From: a virus
Taxonomy: Duplodnaviria; Caudoviricetes
DNA: 64,000 nt
Direction: 5' to 3' (one strand)
Virus record (IMG/VR): IMGVR_UViG_3300013830_000007
Location: 24,323-88,322 of that record
Part shown: positions 36,682 to 46,896 of the stretch, one piece after another
Layout: each line of letters opens with the position of its first letter
Position numbering within the stretch: position 1 is the stretch's first letter
Program-made: the position numbers and the translations under genes
Notes under the pieces: model-generated
What the model saw: only the letters and a program-made list of their open reading frames with translations
The model's database searches: none
What the model was told of the DNA's origin: nothing

Positions 36682-38946
36682 TTATTCAACATGTGCTAAC
36701 GCTTTCTTTCCTTCCTCTTCGCTTACCCATCCATAGACATTGGAAAATATTATATCTTTCTTGGCATCGCCAACTGATATTCCAAGTGAACCCAATATCA
36801 GATACAAAGGTTTGGAATTTGCCGATACCAATTTGTTATAGTCAATCACTGGCTGCAGTTCTGCAGGTATAGTATTAAACGACGGGTTAATCGGTATTCT
36901 ATTCAAATCTTTATCAGGATACTTTTCTTTAAATCTCATTAACTTCTGATAAATCCCAAAATCTTTTTCTTTCAGCCAATCCTGATATTTTAAACTCTCC
37001 ATACCAAAAAGCGGAACTATATAACACTTAGTAGGTATCTGGATTTTACCATACTTATCTCCGAATACTTCTTCCCATAACAAATAATTAAAATATACGG
37101 ATGAATCGGCATTAGCATATTCATCTTTGTTTTTAATTGCAGTCATGGGTAAAAATTCAGTCTGTAAGTGTCTCAATGAGTCTCTTATCATTCTTTCGAA
37201 TCTTAATACGTCAATTAATTTCTCTTCCGCAACAACCGTAGATTTCGAATAAATATCATCGATTACAGACCTAATAAACCACTCAGTGTAGGATAGTACT
37301 CCCTTACTAAAATTAGATCCTCTTAACCCAACTCCTTTGATATCAAGACGTGGAGTTTTGAATACAACACCTTCCTGAATTTTCAGTATACTGGCATAAT
37401 GTTTTTTCAACGATGTCAAAATATCAACTGGCATCATGAATTCGTTTTTCATCGCCATACCAGTCAAATCTTTACCAAGTGCGCCGAATGCTTCGCTTAC
37501 ATGAAACAAAACATTGGCATTGGCTTTACTCAGCCAATAGACGATCAGAGAATTGATCTGATACGCTTTACTGTCCATGACTGTATTACCTTTGTACCAC
37601 TGTAACCAGCTCTTGGTAGTAAAAATAATACTATCGGTATCACTGACAACTACGGCATCACGATATTGATTTTTATGCTCAACAACGTATGAAACGTTAA
37701 CGTTGTGATTCATAAACAAATCAAAAACATCCATGAAACTTTTAAGCATTATTTCAAGATGCTTTCCATAAGCCGCTAATCTCCGGGCTAATTCAGGGTT
37801 GACTTTAATACAATCGTAAATCGAAATAGCATTTCCCTTATCGTTCAGAGGCAGCATTTCGTTACATACGGTACTCAGGATAATGGCAACATCTCCATCG
37901 ATGTTGTTAATATCATCGGGTACAATATTCTGATCAACTTCAACTTTACTGAAATCAAAAAGTTTTTGAGTCCAATCTCTGAACCAACTGTCGTTAGTAA
38001 AAACAAGATGTTTCATATTGCTCATGTAAAATACGAAACACAGTTGTTCTTTACTGAAAGTCCGGAGTAGTCGGTCAATTGGTGAAGTCTCAGCCAGAAA
38101 ATCATATCGTTTTAAAGCTTTAAATAAAAACTCTTCAACCATTTCGAAACTAGGATAAACGAATCCGTATTTATCCATAATCTCGTCGATTTTCTTACTA
38201 TCAGGACCACACCGCAGGCACCCCATCAAAAAGTTAATAACCTGCTCAGTATTCAGGAAATAGAAATTACTTTCAAGAAATCTTTCAGCATGAGCATATG
38301 AGTTCATGATGAAGAATCTTCCGATACTGGTAACACTGTTAAAATCAGCTACTGAACTCAGACTGCTGAACCCACTTCCCATTCCGCCAGCTATTGAGTT
38401 CATCAGTACTTTGATAGTACTCTGGTTGTTGTTGTGGAATACTTCAGCGACTTTGTTACATTCTTTCTTAGCCTTGAGCATAAGCTTTTTCTCCTGCTTA
38501 CGCTGGCTTTTTTTCATATCAATCATTCCCTTCAGATAACTTACGCATTTATCAGTAGTTTCAAAAACTACTCCGAAAGGAGAGATAATTTTATCAGAAT
38601 ACCGTTTGGTGAATTTATACAAATCCATATCAGGAATTTCGATATAATCACCATATACGTGAGCTCTGTTGTGAATATTATTACTATCAGAGCTTCGAAT
38701 ACAACGAAGAGTAGGCCACAATTGGTCATCCCCGAATCGGGGAGTGTTAAGGTCTAATCCTTCGTTCCTGGCCCTTTCAAGATTGCCTATCAGTACGCCG
38801 ACTCTCCGATTAACTTTATCAGCTACCCATTCACGAATCTCTTCATAGTCAAACTCAGGATGAGTTCGTTTCAAATAATCTGACATTACCGAAATGTAAG
38901 ATTCAAATACATCTGGCCGTTTAATAGGAACAGTATTAAAATTCAT
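36682..38946 (-). CDS. Family B DNA polymerase, polymerase domain (phiKZ gp50-like split PolB)
   Basis: KVLMNSIAGG (motif B), VVSDTDS (motif C), KKHYA, LDIKGV; no exonuclease motifs seen. Confidence 0.8.
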   Translation of the reverse strand: MNFNTVPIKRPDVFESYISVMSDYLKRTHPEFDYEEIREWVADKVNRRVGVLIGNLERARNEGLDLNTPRFGDDQLWPTLRCIRSSDSNNIHNRAHVYGDYIEIPDMDLYKFTKRYSDKIISPFGVVFETTDKCVSYLKGMIDMKKSQRKQEKKLMLKAKKECNKVAEVFHNNNQSTIKVLMNSIAGGMGSGFSSLSSVADFNSVTSIGRFFIMNSYAHAERFLESNFYFLNTEQVINFLMGCLRCGPDSKKIDEIMDKYGFVYPSFEMVEEFLFKALKRYDFLAETSPIDRLLRTFSKEQLCFVFYMSNMKHLVFTNDSWFRDWTQKLFDFSKVEVDQNIVPDDINNIDGDVAIILSTVCNEMLPLNDKGNAISIYDCIKVNPELARRLAAYGKHLEIMLKSFMDVFDLFMNHNVNVSYVVEHKNQYRDAVVVSDTDSIIFTTKSWLQWYKGNTVMDSKAYQINSLIVYWLSKANANVLFHVSEAFGALGKDLTGMAMKNEFMMPVDILTSLKKHYASILKIQEGVVFKTPRLDIKGVGLRGSNFSKGVLSYTEWFIRSVIDDIYSKSTVVAEEKLIDVLRFERMIRDSLRHLQTEFLPMTAIKNKDEYANADSSVYFNYLLWEEVFGDKYGKIQIPTKCYIVPLFGMESLKYQDWLKEKDFGIYQKLMRFKEKYPDKDLNRIPINPSFNTIPAELQPVIDYNKLVSANSKPLYLILGSLGISVGDAKKDIIFSNVYGWVSEEEGKKALAHVE

Positions 38947-39020
38947 AACTAACCTCTGCTTGAAATTTTCTAAAATATTTCAGCAGTAACTTATTAGTGA
39001 TTTGCTTAAAAATGTCTACC

Positions 39021-39980
39021 CACTAGAATACAACACCTACCCATATAAAATTGAAATAATCATAAATTTTATACCGTAAGAATAGGCTTTACAGATAAAG
39101 AAAATAACTTGATAACCAAAAGGGTTGTTGATCTAAGTTGATATTTTTAAGATAAAATATTTCAAAAAATTTTTCACCCGAAAAATTTATTCGTGATGGC
39201 TATCTGCATATAGGCTTTGATTATTGCTAAAACCCCTCTAGCCTAAGGTAATAGGCTTTTCTTATAGCCTATATCTTATATATCTAAGTAAATAAAGGAA
39301 TAACATATAAGCCTATAGCGTCACTTCGTTCCGCTATAGGCTTATATGTTATATTTATACTACCCCATCCTTTTTTTTAATACTTTCCTTCCCCTAACTT
39401 GGAGAATTCAAGCACAACATAACGATGCATTGTACAAAAATATTTTGCCGTATTTCTCGGCTTAAAATAAAACCTATAAGAATTTGACTGAAAATTTTTA
39501 AAATCGTTATAGAGATATATCAAAATTTGCCTAGGATAAGTCGATTTTAAACTCTTTTACGATTAATCGGCACCTTTTAATCTCTAGCTAATGTAAAATA
39601 GTCTTATCACTAGAATACAACACCTACCCTAGTTTAGAATGAATTATTGAATAATTTGTGCCGTATGAATCGGCCTTACAGCAAAGAAAATTTTCATGAT
39701 AACTAAACATAGTCTCGACCTATATTCGATTTTTGACCTGAAAATTTTAGATACCGAAGTTAGAACCTTACCCCAGAAGAGGTAAGGTTCAACTTTCGAC
39801 CCCCAAAAATTTTTATTCGTGATGGCAATCGGCAATAGGCTTTGATTATGGCTTATCTCCCTCTAGCCTAAGGTAATAGGCTTTTCTTATAGCCTATATC
39901 TTATATATCTAACTATATAAAGGTATATCTAATAGCCTATAGCGTCACTTCGTTCCGCTATAGGCTATTAGATATATTAT
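39021..39980. repeat. Two imperfect tandem non-coding units, each with a 21-bp perfect hairpin (39300-39352; 39924-39976); candidate origin or regulatory region
   Basis: 22-bp identity at 39021/39608; shared core of about 53 bp at 39234/39860; identical 11-nt hairpin loops. Confidence 0.8.
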
Positions 39981-40224
39981 TTTCTATCCTATTTTCTCCA
40001 GTCCTCCTCTTCCCTTACGAGAATGGTGTTGGTTCACATCATACCTATCAAGTTGTACAGAAATATATAGTCGAGCCGCTCAGCTATATTGAAGAATAAG
40101 CTTTTTTATATTAAATATTATAATCTTACCTATTATTTTAATACAGCTGTAACAAAATTACGCAAAGGTTTTTGTTAAATAATATGTTCTGGTCATTTAC
40201 TTTAAAACCAAAATTGAAATTGAT

Positions 40225-40264
40225 AAAAAAAAATAACCCACGCATTTAAATTGCTATGCGTGGG
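40225..40264 (-). terminator. Intrinsic terminator
   Basis: cccacgcat/atgcgtggg stem plus a T tract on the minus strand. Confidence 0.65.
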
Positions 40265-40277
40265 CTTGACCTCTCCA

Positions 40278-40484
40278 TTAAATCTCGAAGAGGTCAATAG
40301 ACAGCTTATACAGCTTAAACCGTAACTCGGCTATTCTCTCCCACTCTGGAGTGCCGATCTCCAGAGCGTTGTCAACAGTCTTGACCTTCTCAATAAGGTC
40401 AAGAACCATTTTACGTGCTGCCTGTTTTTCTTCCGGAGAAGCAGCAGCAATCTCCTCCGGAGTTATGAAGATCCAATCATTCAT
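40278..40484 (-). CDS. Small hypothetical early protein
   Basis: 68 aa with AAGGAGG RBS; its own promoter variant near 40542-40567 and its own terminator. Confidence 0.75.
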   Translation of the reverse strand: MNDWIFITPEEIAAASPEEKQAARKMVLDLIEKVKTVDNALEIGTPEWERIAELRFKLYKLSIDLFEI

Positions 40485-40605
40485 GATGGAACCTCCTTTT
40501 AAAAGCCCGCTAGGAAGGCAAGAACACCTAGCATCATCCGAATTATATATAATCGTTTTTTTTTGAGTTACACAAAAATAAAATTAAAATTATTTGTAAT
40601 ATGAG

Positions 40606-41499
40606 ATGCTGATAAATTCAGAGGAGATGGTTATGTCAATTACCTATAAAAATTCTGGAGCTGATATTCAGTTCCTTTACGATTGTCCGGTTAATCAGAT
40701 TCCTTTTAGGGATGAAGTTAATCGTATCTATGTTGGTTATCGTCAGTGCTATTCGAAAGATCCGACTGCTCCGATTGTTCTTTCAGCTGAAGGTGAGGAC
40801 AATATTCTTGAGATCTATAAGAACTTCTGCAAGGATTCGATTTTCGTAGATGATCAGTATGGCGGTAAACCCACTATCTTTGATCCTGTAGATCAGAGTA
40901 TCGAATATACTGCCGCAAATGTCGATGCTTATGTTAAGAGTCAGTGCGAGCTGTACGGCAGAAAAGAGTTTTGCGTGTTTCTGACTGAGTGCATGTTTAT
41001 TAAATCTCATCTCAAGCATGAGTCACCTTTTGAGCATGCTGGATTAACTGTCAGAATCACCAATGCTTCCAGAAGTTTCAGTCATCAGTGGGTCAGATCC
41101 AGAATTGCAAGTCACTCTCAGCAGTCTCAGAGATATGTAAGTGAGAAGAATGGTAATTTTACTTTGGTACTTCCGGATAAGATTTATGATAATCCAGAAG
41201 CCAAGAAAATTGTAACTGATTACCTTGACCAATTACCTGAAGTTATCAACAAGCTTGCAGATGCCGGTATCAAGAATGAAGATATCAGATGCATTTTCCC
41301 TAACGCTATGAGTACTTCGATAGTATCAACTATGAATTTCAGAGAGTGGAAACATCTCTTTGGCCTTAGAATTGATTCCCATGCTCAGAAGGAAATCAGA
41401 GATATTTCTTATGCAATCTGGGAATATCTGAATGAAAAAATTCCTTTTGTCTGGGCTGATTGCTGGGATAGAATTATCAAGACATATACAAGCTATTAG
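40606..41499 (+). CDS. thyX: Flavin-dependent thymidylate synthase; probable start at ATG 40633
   Basis: HESPFEH, SRSFSHQWVRSRIASHSQQSQRY (RHR-X7-S motif present as RSR), EDIRCIFP, MNFREWKH, HAQKEIR. Confidence 0.9.
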   Translation: MLINSEEMVMSITYKNSGADIQFLYDCPVNQIPFRDEVNRIYVGYRQCYSKDPTAPIVLSAEGEDNILEIYKNFCKDSIFVDDQYGGKPTIFDPVDQSIEYTAANVDAYVKSQCELYGRKEFCVFLTECMFIKSHLKHESPFEHAGLTVRITNASRSFSHQWVRSRIASHSQQSQRYVSEKNGNFTLVLPDKIYDNPEAKKIVTDYLDQLPEVINKLADAGIKNEDIRCIFPNAMSTSIVSTMNFREWKHLFGLRIDSHAQKEIRDISYAIWEYLNEKIPFVWADCWDRIIKTYTSY

Positions 41500-41797
41500 C
41501 TCCTCAAGTCGATGCAATGAAGATTAGACCTGAGAATGAAAAAATTCCTTTTGTTTGGGCTGATTGTTGGGATAGAATTATCAAGAAAGAGGTGGCTTAA
41601 TGGCGCTTTCTGAGGCAGGTTGGATACGAAGTTATCCTGGTTGGTATCGATATTGCAGAAAATTTTTACAGAAAGTTTCTGCACCAGGAGAATATGGAAA
41701 GTATTATGCGAATTTGGGAGATAGTTCTGTTGAATTCATATATAAACTATTAGCTCCTCAAGTCGATGCAATGAAGATTAGACCTGAGAATGAAAAA
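41430..41797 (+). repeat. Interleaved repeats A-B-A-X-B (53 bp at 41430/41534; 61 bp at 41483/41737)
   Basis: Direct comparison gives 2 mismatches in each pair. Confidence 0.9.
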
Positions 41798-42142
41798 GAT
41801 CCGAAAGTACCGACATTTGATTTTGGCGATAGCATTAATATATTTGAGTACACAGCAGAAAATCAAAAACCACCTGTAGAAGATCGGCTGGAGGCTATAA
41901 TGCATAATGAATATCATAAAAACGAAGCTCCGATATTTCCGTATTGTGTAAGACTTACTGCTGAGTATTCAGAGCTTTGCGATCGAATCGATAAGCTTAG
42001 TACGTTTATTGATAACTACAATAGAACTAAGACGCCTAAGCTTACTTGCCCGGTTGAACTTTTGATTCAGCAGCTTGCAGCTATGCAGACTTATGCAACG
42101 ATTCTCAAACAGAGATTAGCTTACGAAGGTGTCACCGATTGA
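41600..42142 (+). CDS. Protein with a C-terminal crAss001_48-like helical domain
   Basis: RLTAEYSELCDRIDKL...CPVELLIQQLAAMQTYATILKQR. Confidence 0.65.
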   Translation: MALSEAGWIRSYPGWYRYCRKFLQKVSAPGEYGKYYANLGDSSVEFIYKLLAPQVDAMKIRPENEKDPKVPTFDFGDSINIFEYTAENQKPPVEDRLEAIMHNEYHKNEAPIFPYCVRLTAEYSELCDRIDKLSTFIDNYNRTKTPKLTCPVELLIQQLAAMQTYATILKQRLAYEGVTD

Positions 42143-42501
42143 TGAATGATCTGAGAGAGAAAATTGCTAAAATATGCAAGCAAATGCATTTTGAAGGCAA
42201 ACTTAAAATCGAATCAATTCCAGAAGAACCAACTCAAGAGGATTTTTTGAAAGGTATGGTACAAGATGAGATACGTGAGAAATTGGATCCGATAATTCCG
42301 TATAGAGTAAGACTTTCCGGTGAATATACTGAACTTTGCATGCGAATTGGCAAACTCAGCGATTTTATTGATAATTACAATAAAACTAAGACGCCTAAGC
42401 TTACTTGCCCGGTCGAACTTTTGATTCAGCAGCTTGCAGCTATGCAGACTTATGCAACGATTCTCAAACAGAGATTAGCTTACGAAGGTATCACCGATTG
42501 A
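42139..42501 (+). CDS. Paralog of 41600-42142 (crAss001_48-like)
   Basis: The last 118 bp match the upstream gene except for 2 nt. Confidence 0.7.
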   Translation: MMNDLREKIAKICKQMHFEGKLKIESIPEEPTQEDFLKGMVQDEIREKLDPIIPYRVRLSGEYTELCMRIGKLSDFIDNYNKTKTPKLTCPVELLIQQLAAMQTYATILKQRLAYEGITD

Positions 42502-42601
42502 TTCAGATTTGTCCTCTGATCTGCAAGCATGATGTGTCTAATACTAGTTTAGACACATCTTTTTAATCATTAACGTTAATGTTTAAAAATTAGAGGATTT
42601 T

Positions 42602-43549
42602 ATGAGAAAGTTTCTTAGCGTACAGCTTTGCGATGATTACGAAGCTTCGCAATTAAATCCGGTATATGCTGATACTCCCGAGGGAGCTGCTCAGCATGAT
42701 GCCGCTGTAACCGAGATTAAGGATATGCCTGAGAAGGACAATATGCGAGCTCGTATTGCCGTTTTCGAGGCTATTATCGATACTGTTGTTGAAGATGAAC
42801 TCAAGGATGCTACTTCTCCTGAGGATGAGTCTCCGCGCACTGAAGATGTAACTCAGACTGCTGAGGAGATTACAGATAAGGCAGTTGCTATGCATCTGAT
42901 TCCTTACAATTTCAAGAGTCGTATTCCTGGTATTGTTGCAAGACATCTTAGACGTTCCGACCCTAGGGTCCAGCTTTTAGCCAAGGCAGCTCATTTTGTT
43001 ATGGATGCCGAGACTGCTGTTCCTGCAGCTGCTGAGACTCCGGGTGAGACTATTGATACTCCTGAGACTACTAAGGACAATGGTCAGTCGGGACTTGATC
43101 AGGAGATTAAGGATTCTACTAACGGCGATATTGAGAATGTTGGTGTTGAGCAGTCTCCTCAGGCTGAGTCGGCTTCTGCTATGAGAGCTCGTAGAGTTGC
43201 TATGGCTTATAACCGTCTTATGGAAGGTGAAATTACCGAGCAGGAGTTCAAGGAGGAGGCTGAGGAAGCTGGTGCCAATATGAATCCTTCTGCTGCTGCT
43301 CCTGAGGCTGATACTGTTGAGGAACCTTCCTCAACTCCGGTAGTTGAGGATTCTGATGTTGATGTTCCGGCTGATGTACCGACTCAGATGTCGAGAGCTC
43401 TTCGCTATCTGGCATCTTCGTCGGTCAATCACAGGAACGCAACTACTCTGCTGTCTCGTAAGCTGTCCGGTCCTATGCTTACTGAAATGCTGCACATGCT
43501 TCGTTATCATCTGCCTGCAAAGTTTATTCGTAAGTACAATGTTAAGTAA
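42602..43549 (+). CDS. Acidic low-complexity protein, possibly head scaffold or internal protein
   Basis: E/D/A/P/T-rich, codon usage of highly expressed genes, several A-x-E sites, own terminator. Confidence 0.55.
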   Translation: MRKFLSVQLCDDYEASQLNPVYADTPEGAAQHDAAVTEIKDMPEKDNMRARIAVFEAIIDTVVEDELKDATSPEDESPRTEDVTQTAEEITDKAVAMHLIPYNFKSRIPGIVARHLRRSDPRVQLLAKAAHFVMDAETAVPAAAETPGETIDTPETTKDNGQSGLDQEIKDSTNGDIENVGVEQSPQAESASAMRARRVAMAYNRLMEGEITEQEFKEEAEEAGANMNPSAAAPEADTVEEPSSTPVVEDSDVDVPADVPTQMSRALRYLASSSVNHRNATTLLSRKLSGPMLTEMLHMLRYHLPAKFIRKYNVK

Positions 43550-43569
43550 TTTAATTTAATATTATCCTA

Positions 43570-43602
43570 AGTTAGTACTCACTGTAATGGTGAGTACTAA
43601 CT
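43570..43602 (+). terminator. Terminator
   Basis: 13-bp stem agttagtactcac/gtgagtactaact. Confidence 0.7.
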
Positions 43603-43690
43603 ATTTGTATTTATATTTATAATTGAGAGACCTAATATAGCTCAGCGATTAGCTGAAGAGTTAGTATCGTTAATTAATTGGGATAACCAA

Positions 43691-44422
43691 ATGGAAGATA
43701 AAAATTTAAAGAAGCGTACTGCCCGTAGACTGCGCAATAAGCAGATGAGACTGTCCAGACAGAAGCAGTCTATCAGAGATCGTCGTGCCAAGAAGAGTTA
43801 TCACGACATTGGTTCTTTTGCTAAGGGATTTGTAATGGATGTACTCGGACTTGTTGAGTACAGAGAGCAGCTTCGCAGTTCTATTAAGGAACGTATCAGA
43901 ACTATTCGTAAGCTCCGTGAGGAGAATCACCGCTATAGTAACCTTAGCACTGATATGTTCGATAAGTGCCTTGAAGATTTTAATGAGTTTGATACTAAGG
44001 TCGAAGATCTTGCTAAGGCAGCCGCAGAGGTTGAATCTGCTACCAAGCTGTCTGAGAAGATTGATCTTGTTACCAAGCGTGTTAAAGATCTGGCTGAAAT
44101 TCAGCTTACTATTGCTGATGTTACTACCAATATTTCTAACGCTAATACCGATTTTATCAATAAGATCAAAGCTATTGATAATCCTGCAGAGATAACTACC
44201 GAAATTCCAACTGAAAATGATACAGTGGAATTTGATGAGCTTCTTGATGAGTCCAGAGGATCTGGTGATTATGAAGCCGATGTTCCTGCAGATGCTATCC
44301 CGGAAGTGACAGTAGAGCAGCCTAAGGTTGAGACAATAGTGACTCCAGTAGAAGTTAAGCCTGCTCCTGAGCCTGAGGTAGTTGACGCTGTCCCAATTGA
44401 GAATGCGGAAATTATTAACTGA
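43691..44422 (+). CDS. Coiled-coil protein with a basic N-terminus and acidic C-terminus
   Basis: 243-aa ORF; composition. Confidence 0.75.
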   Translation: MEDKNLKKRTARRLRNKQMRLSRQKQSIRDRRAKKSYHDIGSFAKGFVMDVLGLVEYREQLRSSIKERIRTIRKLREENHRYSNLSTDMFDKCLEDFNEFDTKVEDLAKAAAEVESATKLSEKIDLVTKRVKDLAEIQLTIADVTTNISNANTDFINKIKAIDNPAEITTEIPTENDTVEFDELLDESRGSGDYEADVPADAIPEVTVEQPKVETIVTPVEVKPAPEPEVVDAVPIENAEIIN

Positions 44423-44473
44423 TAATTACTTAGCAATATAATTCTTTGAGGTTAAAGATTAGGGATTTTATCA

Positions 44474-45268
44474 ATGACTGAAGAAGAATTAAAAGTTATG
44501 TGTAAGTTTTATCTTACCATACTGTCAGCGAGAGCTGCGCATTATTGCTATTTTAATTTTAGAGATAATAAAGTAATCCTCTGTAATTCGACTACCAGTA
44601 CAACGGCCCGGCATGGAGACAGATTGATGGATTTCTCAGTAGGAGAATTGGGACTTCATTTAATCGAATTTCGTGACAGGGCTATTATTCCGGCGATAAA
44701 AAAGTTATTGCATATACCGGAAAAACAATTTTACGGTATTCATATCGTTAACTTTATGAAAGACTGGAATAAGTGTACTTTTGATGAGTTACCAATTGAA
44801 TTTACCAAAGACCAATTATTTCTTAATGGAAAGTTATGTGGGTCTGTTATTTATAACTTTCATGTAATCATGATGCTTGATCGTTATGCCAGCATAATGG
44901 AAAGTATTATGGAAAGAGATAACGTTATTGAAGCTGAGGTAGATATTCATCCGGAACTTACTGGAAATTACTACATGATTTCAGTTGATACCGGACTCTT
45001 TTATAATTATAAAGGTGAAAGAGTATTCCGGGATGTTGTTCCTAAAATGAACATTCCGTGTATTGATGGATTAACAACTGTATCATTTAAGTCGTTTCTT
45101 CCGAAAGTTAAAGAGGATTATGAAATCAAACGTTACTTTTGGAATGAAGATATCAGAATTTATTCTATAACTTATTATTCTGATAGTAATGTTATCGTTA
45201 AATCTTTCAGACCGAATATTTTGTCCATACCTATTGCTAATATAACCAGTATGGATAAGGAGAACTAA
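44474..45268 (+). CDS. Hypothetical protein
   Basis: 264-aa ORF. Confidence 0.75.
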   Translation: MTEEELKVMCKFYLTILSARAAHYCYFNFRDNKVILCNSTTSTTARHGDRLMDFSVGELGLHLIEFRDRAIIPAIKKLLHIPEKQFYGIHIVNFMKDWNKCTFDELPIEFTKDQLFLNGKLCGSVIYNFHVIMMLDRYASIMESIMERDNVIEAEVDIHPELTGNYYMISVDTGLFYNYKGERVFRDVVPKMNIPCIDGLTTVSFKSFLPKVKEDYEIKRYFWNEDIRIYSITYYSDSNVIVKSFRPNILSIPIANITSMDKEN

Positions 45269-45273
45269 AACAC

Positions 45274-46896
45274 ATGGCTAATATTACATTTACAGCTAAG
45301 GAGACCGCTGCTCCCGAGCCTACTCCTGAGACTGCTCAGACAGCAGCTCCTAATCCTGCACCTGAGGTTAAGAAACCTGAACCTAAGGAAGAGGTTAAAG
45401 CTAAAGAGATTCCGGTAGATGATTCTGCTTTTGAGGATAATTCTTCTCCTAAGCAGGATGCGGAATTTGATATTTCTGAAGTTAATGATTATAAAGAGAG
45501 CGTCGCTAATGATGATGCTGAAGTATCAGGCTGGGATAAGTTTGGTTTGTGCGTTCCTCTGAGTGATGCAGAGAAAACTGTTCAGCATTACGAGCAGATC
45601 AAAACCAGTCTTGGAAGTGATGCTACCAAAGCACTGAGTGATGTAAACTCTGATATCAATACCGTTATGGAAGCATCCAGAGCTATCACTTCTGCATCAC
45701 TTCTTCTCAAGGAGGCACTTGAAAGAGTAGCTCATATTGATAAGCTGAAGGATAATCAGACTGGTCATGGTTTTACTAAGGCTAATTTAGGTAAGCATTA
45801 TCAGGATATTGATTCTAAGGTTGTATCCGGAGATGAGGCTTTAAGAGTATTCACTACTATCACTGGTGGACTTCGTAAGGTTACTCTTTGGAATTCTGGA
45901 TTCAGTATTAACATTAAGAATATGTCTCTTGATGCTCTGAGCTCTTTCCTTAAAGAGATGCATAAGAGTGATTACGAGTACGGTAAGGAGTACGGCGGAT
46001 TCTATTATCTGTTCGCTGATCTCAGTATCACTGAGTATATTATTGATAAGCTTCTTCCTCTGGTAATTACCGGAAGTAACTATGCCGACTATAAGGATAT
46101 TTCCAAGCTCAGGAAGGCTATTTCGTTCCAGGATTATCCGGTAATTCTCTGGGCATTAGCTTCGATGATGTATCCTGATGGTACTAATATCAGATATGTA
46201 TGTTCTGAGCCTGATTGTCATCACATTGAGTCTGCCCGTATTGATCTCGAGAAGCTTCGTCTCAATAACGAGGATCTGATCAATGAGGATATGCGGACTT
46301 TCATGGCTGATCACGTTAAGACTAAGGTAACCGATGAGGATCTCGTTAAGTATCGCGAACTCTGCAAGCTTGAGAAGGATGTTGAGTTTGAGTATGGTGA
46401 TATCGAAGAGACCAAGAAGAAGTGGAAGGTAACTCTTAAGCAGTGCTCACTTCAGGAGTATATGGATCTTGGCAATGAGTTTAATGAAGAGCTTATTTCC
46501 AGGGCAAGTGCAACTTCCCGTGAAGAGGTAGCTCAGTTCATTGCTTATAACCAGATGAAGACTCTGCTTCCTTGGATTAAGTCTATGACTCTTACTACTA
46601 ATGTTAAGGGTAAGGCTAAGACTTTCACTGTAGAGAATAATGAGCTCAATAAGGAAACTATCAATGCAATGCTCGATGAGTTTATGATGAATAAACCTGA
46701 GTTCTCTGATATGGTCAAGAATTATATTCTCGATACCAAGATCAGTCATATCGCATTCTACTATCCTAAGTGCCCTAAGTGCGGTAAGGCTCCGTATAAC
46801 AGTATCGGCGGATTTATCCCGTATGATCCTATGCAGAATTTTTTTATCCTCGGTCTAACCAGGCTTCTACGGGCAACATCGAAACAAAACAGCTAG
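45274..46896 (+). CDS. Zinc-binding putative tail/baseplate assembly chaperone
   Basis: CSEPDC and CPKC motifs as in baseplate-hub assembly proteins; slippery site near the 3' end. Confidence 0.5.
   Translation: MANITFTAKETAAPEPTPETAQTAAPNPAPEVKKPEPKEEVKAKEIPVDDSAFEDNSSPKQDAEFDISEVNDYKESVANDDAEVSGWDKFGLCVPLSDAEKTVQHYEQIKTSLGSDATKALSDVNSDINTVMEASRAITSASLLLKEALERVAHIDKLKDNQTGHGFTKANLGKHYQDIDSKVVSGDEALRVFTTITGGLRKVTLWNSGFSINIKNMSLDALSSFLKEMHKSDYEYGKEYGGFYYLFADLSITEYIIDKLLPLVITGSNYADYKDISKLRKAISFQDYPVILWALASMMYPDGTNIRYVCSEPDCHHIESARIDLEKLRLNNEDLINEDMRTFMADHVKTKVTDEDLVKYRELCKLEKDVEFEYGDIEETKKKWKVTLKQCSLQEYMDLGNEFNEELISRASATSREEVAQFIAYNQMKTLLPWIKSMTLTTNVKGKAKTFTVENNELNKETINAMLDEFMMNKPEFSDMVKNYILDTKISHIAFYYPKCPKCGKAPYNSIGGFIPYDPMQNFFILGLTRLLRATSKQNS

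Noticed and set aside
2188-38946. Inteins, group I introns or stop-codon reassignment in RNAP, gyrase and polymerase genes
   Set aside because: The genes are uninterrupted, of expected size, translate fully with the standard code, and show no intein splice motifs.
39644-39835. 63-aa minus-strand ORF in the repeat region
   Set aside because: It runs through the repeated non-coding unit, lacks an RBS, and has no counterpart in the other copy.
39021-39980. Repeats as a CRISPR array or IS ends
   Set aside because: Only two long units, with no regular repeat-spacer period and no cas or transposase gene.
41496-41684. 62-aa minus-strand ORF across the thyX scar
   Set aside because: A by-product of the duplicated sequence, antisense to real genes.
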